Of a stretch of 51,993 nucleotides of DNA, positions 46,904 through 51,993 are shown piece after piece. Both the position numbers and the translations under genes were made by a program. Source of the stretch: an uncultured Clostridia bacterium (GTDB lineage: Bacteria > Bacillota > Clostridia > TANB77 > CAG-465). The stretch lies in assembly GCA_947625855.1 (NCBI GenBank), contig CANQPW010000006.1, positions 1 to 51,993 of the forward strand, given 5' to 3'. The notes under the pieces were generated by a model that had not been told where the DNA came from, did not search any database, and saw only the letters and a list, made by a program, of their open reading frames with translations. Numbering within the stretch: the stretch's first letter is position 1; each line of letters begins with the position of its first letter.

Positions 46904-48340
46904 TTATTTTAATATATTTTTTAATACAATTGTTTTAACTCTTGACATTTCTTCAAGTGTGGCAGATATTCCTTCATATCCTATTCCACTCTTTTTCCAA
47001 CCTCCAAATGGCATTTCTGCACTTCTCCAATAATTAGAGCCATTTACAACAGCTGTTCCACATTCTAATCTTTCTGCTACCTTAAGAGCTCTTGAAAAGT
47101 TCCCTGAAAATACACATCCACATAAACCATATGAAGATTGATTTGCAATTGCTATTGCTTCCTCTGGTGTATCAAAGCCAATTACTGATATAACTGGTCC
47201 ATATATTTCTTCATCTTTTGCAACAGGCATGTCTTTTGAAACATTATTAATTATAGTTGGTGTATAAAAAGCACCTGTTCTTTTTCCACCCAAAACTACT
47301 TTTGCTCCTAATTTTACCAAGTCATTTACTTGATCTTCTACTTTTTTTGCAACTGCTACATTTACTAAGCAACCTATTTGAGTTTCTTCATCTAATGGAT
47401 TTCCTACCTTTAATTCTTCTATTCTATGTTTTAACTTAGATATAAATTGTTCTTTTACTGTATTACTTATTATAAACCTTTTACTTGCACAACATACTTG
47501 ACCTGCGTTATATAATCTTCCATGTATAGTTTCTTCAACAGCTAAATCAACATCTCCATCATCTAAAAGAATAAAAGCATCATTTCCAGTTAAATCTAAA
47601 GATACATTTGTCAAATTTTTAGAAGCTACTTCCATAGTTTGCATACCAGAAATTGTATTTCCTGCTAGTGATACTAAATCTACACCCGGATGTGCTGCTA
47701 AAGCTTTACCTGCTGTCTGCCCATCTCCTGTAATACACTGAACAACACCAGAAGGAATACCAATTTCCATTAGTATATCACACAAATTAAATATTGTTAA
47801 AGGTGTATAATTAGATGGTTTTACAACAACTGTATTTCCCATAATTAATGCACACGCAACTTTATGGCAAAAGAAATTTACTGGGAAATTAAAAGGTATA
47901 ATAGCTGCAACTACTCCAACAGGATATCTTTTTGTATATTGCACACTTTTTTCAGTTCCTGGTTCTATATTGTCTGGTATGTTAATTCCATATAAATGCT
48001 TTGCTCTTTCAACATATCCCATAACCATAGTTTTTGTATTAGATATTTCTTCTCTTGCCTCTTTTATAGTTTTACCTGCCTCACTTGTAAGTAATTTTGC
48101 AAGTTCTTCTTTTCTTTCTTCTACTTTTAATACAAACTTTTCTAAAAGATTTCCTCTTTCATACATTGGAATTTTACTCCAACTTTTTTGGGCATTTCTT
48201 GCTGATTTTACAGCTTTATCTACATCTTCAGAAGTAGAATTTGGAACAGAATCTATAAATTCACCATTTGCAGGATTTACAATTTCTATTATTGCACCAT
48301 TTGATGCATCTAAATGTTCCCCATTTATCAAATTTTTCAT
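46904..48340 (-). CDS. Aldehyde dehydrogenase family protein with altered catalytic motifs
   Basis: IIPFNFP, KPS, NAGQVCCA, EEIYGP, PFGGWKKSG. Confidence 0.9.
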   Translation of the reverse strand: MKNLINGEHLDASNGAIIEIVNPANGEFIDSVPNSTSEDVDKAVKSARNAQKSWSKIPMYERGNLLEKFVLKVEERKEELAKLLTSEAGKTIKEAREEISNTKTMVMGYVERAKHLYGINIPDNIEPGTEKSVQYTKRYPVGVVAAIIPFNFPVNFFCHKVACALIMGNTVVVKPSNYTPLTIFNLCDILMEIGIPSGVVQCITGDGQTAGKALAAHPGVDLVSLAGNTISGMQTMEVASKNLTNVSLDLTGNDAFILLDDGDVDLAVEETIHGRLYNAGQVCCASKRFIISNTVKEQFISKLKHRIEELKVGNPLDEETQIGCLVNVAVAKKVEDQVNDLVKLGAKVVLGGKRTGAFYTPTIINNVSKDMPVAKDEEIYGPVISVIGFDTPEEAIAIANQSSYGLCGCVFSGNFSRALKVAERLECGTAVVNGSNYWRSAEMPFGGWKKSGIGYEGISATLEEMSRVKTIVLKNILK

Positions 48341-48451
48341 AACAACCTCCTAAAAATTAAATCATTATATTAAACTATATATATTTTATATTAAATTAAA
48401 AATATAAACAAGTAACTAGAAAAAATATAGATATAATTAATAAAATTACAT

Positions 48452-49273
48452 CTATATTTTATTATCATAATCTTCCAAAAAATTATAGTATTGTTTTTCT
48501 TTACTCCATCCTAAAATTGCATCTAAATTTACATTTGACATACTATGAAATATACTTTTTGCAACATATTTATTATCTTTATTTAGTTCATTTATTATAT
48601 TCTTAACCTTTAACCTTTTAGAGTCTTGCTCTGCTTTTTCTTTTGAAAATTTGCATGCACAGTTTATAAAGTTAAGTTCATTTGAATTTTTCCAAGATAT
48701 AATATCTTCTTCTCTTATATAATACATTGGTCTAATTAATTCTAATCTATGATTTTCACTATGTACTTTTGGCAACATAGTTTTTATCTCTCCACCATAA
48801 AAAATATTTATAAGTAGAGTTTCTATTGCATCATCATAATGATGTCCGAGTGCTATTTTATTACATCCTAGTTTTTCTGCTTGCCCATACAAAACTCCTC
48901 TTCTCATTTTTGCACATAAAAAGCAGGGCGAATCTTCAATACTTTTTTCTATAATACTAAAAATATTACTGTTAAATATTTGTATTGGTATATTTAATAA
49001 TTTAGCATTATTCTCTATTATAGCAACATTTTCTTTACTATATCCTGGATCCATTACTAAAAATACTAAGTCAAATTCTATATTTCCATGCTTTTGAAAT
49101 TCTTGAAAACATTTTGCCATAAGCATTGAATCTTTCCCACCAGATATACATACTGCTATTTTATCACCTTTTTTTATGAGTTCAAATTCTTCTAATGCTT
49201 TTCTAAATTTTTTATATATTTTATTTCTATATGTAGTTATTATACTTTTTTCAATTTCTATATATTCTTTCAA
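48452..49273 (-). CDS. ttcA: TtcA-like tRNA thiolation PP-loop ATPase
   Basis: SGGKDS, CFLCAKMRRG, GHHYDD, LIRP. Probable TTG start 49273, downstream of a TTGAAA-17-TATAAT promoter. Confidence 0.8.
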   Translation of the reverse strand: MKEYIEIEKSIITTYRNKIYKKFRKALEEFELIKKGDKIAVCISGGKDSMLMAKCFQEFQKHGNIEFDLVFLVMDPGYSKENVAIIENNAKLLNIPIQIFNSNIFSIIEKSIEDSPCFLCAKMRRGVLYGQAEKLGCNKIALGHHYDDAIETLLINIFYGGEIKTMLPKVHSENHRLELIRPMYYIREEDIISWKNSNELNFINCACKFSKEKAEQDSKRLKVKNIINELNKDNKYVAKSIFHSMSNVNLDAILGWSKEKQYYNFLEDYDNKI

Positions 49274-49360
49274 TTTTATCCCCATAAAATTATAGCAAAA
49301 TTTTAGCTGTTTTTCAACATACATAAAAGCTAGGAATTAAAAAAACTCCTAGCTATTTTT

Positions 49361-50176
49361 TTAAAATTCTACTTCCATATATTCAACTTTTTTGTGTTCT
49401 AATGACATATTTGATTTACTTGTAAATATTTTTATAAGTTTTGAATCTGATGAGAAAAATGGCTTTGATAAAGCTGTTTTTTCACAATGAGCTACTGCAA
49501 TATATACTTCCTTTGCTCCATTATTACAAAGTATTTTATAACATTCAAAAAGTGTATCACCTTTTGAACATAAATCATCTATTATAATGCATTTTCTATT
49601 CTTTACTATACCTTTACCAACAATGCAAACTTTCTTTATTTCATTTGTTATTTCATCTCTTTCTTTTTCACAATAATAAATATTATTACCTAAGTTTAAA
49701 TTACTATATCTTTTAGTTGCTCCTTTATCAGGAAACACAATACAATCATTTTCTGAAAAATTAATCATACTTTTTATCTTGGGTAACCATTTTAGTATTG
49801 GTCTTATTTCATGTGCATTTTTTAATAGTTTTAATGTGACATCAGAATGTGCTTCTACAACTAATACTTCACTAAATTCTAACCAATTAATATATTTACA
49901 AATTGCTTCTAATGTGAAAATATCACCTTTGCATTTTCTGTCCATTCTTTGATATGGCATACACCACAGAAGTAATTTTGCATTTCTCAATACTTTTTTT
50001 AATTCATTTGATACAAATAGTAAATTCATTAAATCTTCATTTATACTATATCCATCTACATCTGTTTCAAAGATAAGCTCTGCCATATTTTCCTCTTTTA
50101 TATCAAGGTCTTTTATCCGGCATTCACTGTTTGAAAAATGCTCTAAATCAAGTCTTTTGCCATTAAAAATTATCAT
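49361..50176 (-). CDS. Ribose-phosphate pyrophosphokinase-like protein, divergent short type
   Basis: MPYQRMDR, AHS, FPDKGATKRY, IIDDLCSKGDT. Confidence 0.8.
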   Translation of the reverse strand: MIIFNGKRLDLEHFSNSECRIKDLDIKEENMAELIFETDVDGYSINEDLMNLLFVSNELKKVLRNAKLLLWCMPYQRMDRKCKGDIFTLEAICKYINWLEFSEVLVVEAHSDVTLKLLKNAHEIRPILKWLPKIKSMINFSENDCIVFPDKGATKRYSNLNLGNNIYYCEKERDEITNEIKKVCIVGKGIVKNRKCIIIDDLCSKGDTLFECYKILCNNGAKEVYIAVAHCEKTALSKPFFSSDSKLIKIFTSKSNMSLEHKKVEYMEVEF

Positions 50177-50204
50177 TTTTCCTCCTCCATTTTTATTGTA
50201 TTAA

Positions 50205-50260
50205 CAACAAAATTATATTAATTTCAACAAAATTATAACATCAAAAAAAATATGCGTCAA
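50205..50260 (-). promoter_or_regulatory. Sigma-A promoter with overlapping 13-bp direct repeats
   Basis: TTGACG-17-TATAAT (50260-50232); CAACAAAATTATA at 50205-50217 and 50225-50237. Confidence 0.6.
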
Positions 50261-50282
50261 TAAAAAAATCGGTAAAAACCGA

Positions 50283-50765
50283 TTATTCTTTATTTTTTAA
50301 TTTCCAAGATATTTTCTTAAAAAATTGATTTAATTTATCAAAAACAGTTTCTTCTTCTGGTATTACTGTAAGCATTTGTTCAATCATTCTATTTTCATCT
50401 TTATCTGCTTTTGTACCTTTATATGCCATAAATTTCTGTTTCCAAGTAACAAAATTGTTATTGTTTATTCCACTTTCAAGCTCGAAAATTCTTTGTGATA
50501 TTTCCATCATTTTATCACAATCTATTGGATCACCATTTCTAAATTTAGTAAATACTTCTCTATATGAAAAATATTTACTTTGTATATAATCTAATTCTTC
50601 ATCATTTAAAGAATCTCTATGCTCTACAAATTCATTTTCAAGACCATCTAATACTTTACCTGCTCTTGATATTGTTTCAATTTTATTTAATATATCTCTT
50701 TGTAAATCTAAATCTTCCATATTAGGTTCGTTTTTTATTGTATCAAAAATGTCTTTTATTTCCAT
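50283..50765 (-). CDS. Hypothetical protein
   Basis: AGGGGG RBS, own promoter TTGTAA-17-TATAAT, helical acidic protein. Confidence 0.65.
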   Translation of the reverse strand: MEIKDIFDTIKNEPNMEDLDLQRDILNKIETISRAGKVLDGLENEFVEHRDSLNDEELDYIQSKYFSYREVFTKFRNGDPIDCDKMMEISQRIFELESGINNNNFVTWKQKFMAYKGTKADKDENRMIEQMLTVIPEEETVFDKLNQFFKKISWKLKNKE

Positions 50766-50935
50766 ATTTCCCCCTAGTAAAAAACAATTTATTTTTCTAT
50801 ATTATATACTAATTTATATAATTTTACAAGACGTTATTACAACTTATACAAAATAATAACGTTTTAAATATATTTTAAAATATTATTCAATAAATTTATA
50901 CAGAAAAAAAACACATATCATAAATATATGTGTTT

Positions 50936-51811
50936 TTATTCAAAATCTGGTACATATTCTTCCTCATGTTCACCTAATTCCTGTATATACCCATTTTCAA
51001 ATCCTAATTTTTCTGCAAAATCCCATACTTCATCAAGCTCTGATTGTGTTATTTTTCTATTTATTTCTGGAAATTTACAAGCGTTATATGTAGGAAAATA
51101 TTGTGCCATTATACTTATATATACTTTATTTGATAAATTATCATTTATCCATTGTAACACTTTTTTAGAATTTTCTACATTATTTGGTAATATCATGTGC
51201 CTTATAACAAGCCCTTTTTTTATAATTCCATTATTATCAAATACAGGATTTCCAACTTGTTTATACATTTCTAATATTGCTTTAGATGTAATCTCAAAGT
51301 AGTTAGAAACATTTGAATATTTTTTTGAAATATCAGAGAAATAATATTTAAAATCTGGTAAATATACATCTATATATGATGATAATAGCTGTATAGTTTC
51401 TACATTTTCATAACCACTAGAATTATATATTATTGGTATTTTTAATCCTAATTTTTTTGCAATTTTTATAGCTTCTATTATATGATATACATACATCGTT
51501 GGTGTTACCAAATTTATATTATTTGCACCATTTTCTTGTAAAAAAATAAATTTTGATGCTAGTTCTTCAATACTTATTTCTTTTCCATGACCTAAATGGC
51601 TTATTTTATAATTTTGGCAATATACACATTTTAAATTACAATTTGAAAAAAATACTGCACCTGATCCATTTTTTCCACTTATGCATGGTTCTTCAAAATA
51701 ATGTAAAGTTGCAAGCGATATTTTTATATTTTTTCCAGCTCCACATCTTCCATTATATTTTGTTCTATCTATTTTACATTTTAAAGGACATATTTCACAT
51801 TTTTCAATCAT
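50936..51811 (-). CDS. PflX-like radical SAM protein
   Basis: CNLKCVYCQN, EEPCISG..GSG, NINLVTPT, DVYLPDFKY. Confidence 0.9.
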   Translation of the reverse strand: MIEKCEICPLKCKIDRTKYNGRCGAGKNIKISLATLHYFEEPCISGKNGSGAVFFSNCNLKCVYCQNYKISHLGHGKEISIEELASKFIFLQENGANNINLVTPTMYVYHIIEAIKIAKKLGLKIPIIYNSSGYENVETIQLLSSYIDVYLPDFKYYFSDISKKYSNVSNYFEITSKAILEMYKQVGNPVFDNNGIIKKGLVIRHMILPNNVENSKKVLQWINDNLSNKVYISIMAQYFPTYNACKFPEINRKITQSELDEVWDFAEKLGFENGYIQELGEHEEEYVPDFE

Positions 51812-51845
51812 ATTTCATCACATGTTTATTATATCACAAAAAATG

Positions 51846-51932
51846 GGCAAAGAAAAGGAGCCCCAAATTTGAGACTCTCTTTATGCGTGACCGCTACTCA
51901 CCTCCGGTGGCTAACCTTCCCGACTTTTTCAG
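51846..51932. other. Short GC-rich structured intergenic segment
   Basis: GAGCCCCAAA/TTTGAGACTC stem plus GTGA..TCAC and CACC..GGTG mini-stems; no sizeable ORF. Confidence 0.35.
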
Positions 51933-51993
51933 TTAAAATAAAAAAGAAAAATCTAAAAAGCTAGAAAAAATCTAGCTTTTTCTGTTGACATTT

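Noticed and set aside
1675..51936. Many short ORFs antisense to or nested in long genes (e.g. 1675-2040, 6121-6423, 16289-16774, 37200-37631, 45392-45937, 47970-48353, 50928-51302, 51553-51936)
   Set aside because: Shadow frames of well-supported genes; no RBS or recognisable motifs.
1..51993. CRISPR array, tRNA, rRNA or IS element
   Set aside because: No regularly spaced repeats, cloverleaf or rRNA-like tracts, and no transposase ORFs seen.

Overview
Very AT-rich chromosomal window from a spore-forming Clostridia-type firmicute. The core backbone comprises hpf, polC, spoIID-spoIIQ-like-spoIIID-mbl, dacF, yqfC-yqfD-ybeY-dgkA-cdd, an AgrA/AgrC-like pair, a TtcA-like enzyme and a PflX-like radical SAM gene. 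The main non-routine element is a ~17 kb co-oriented minus-strand operon (14533-31730) that looks like a divergent Tad/Flp-like filament system. It encodes a SAF/CpaB-like protein, two degenerate MinD/ParA-like proteins, a membrane-anchored CpaF/VirB11 ATPase, a fused TadB-TadC-like platform, two paralogous families of pilin-like proteins that lack the bacterial Gly-1/Glu+5 signature, a pilin-LamG gene split by a +1 frameshift, a Zn-motif protein, an SLH-like protein and a 1156-aa secreted protein. No prepilin peptidase is present in the locus, and its promoter has a poly-T tract in the spacer. Other notable items are a triple-repeat RelA/SpoT-type HD hydrolase, a putative uORF/terminator attenuator ahead of an ABC exporter, two isolated high-GC single-gene cassettes (one resembling Csx16/Csx20-type ring nucleases), an orphan phage-type PRPP-synthetase-like gene, and two CDS missed by the ORF track. 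No rRNA, tRNA, CRISPR array, integrase or transposase was seen. All family calls come from motif recognition by eye; no searches were run.
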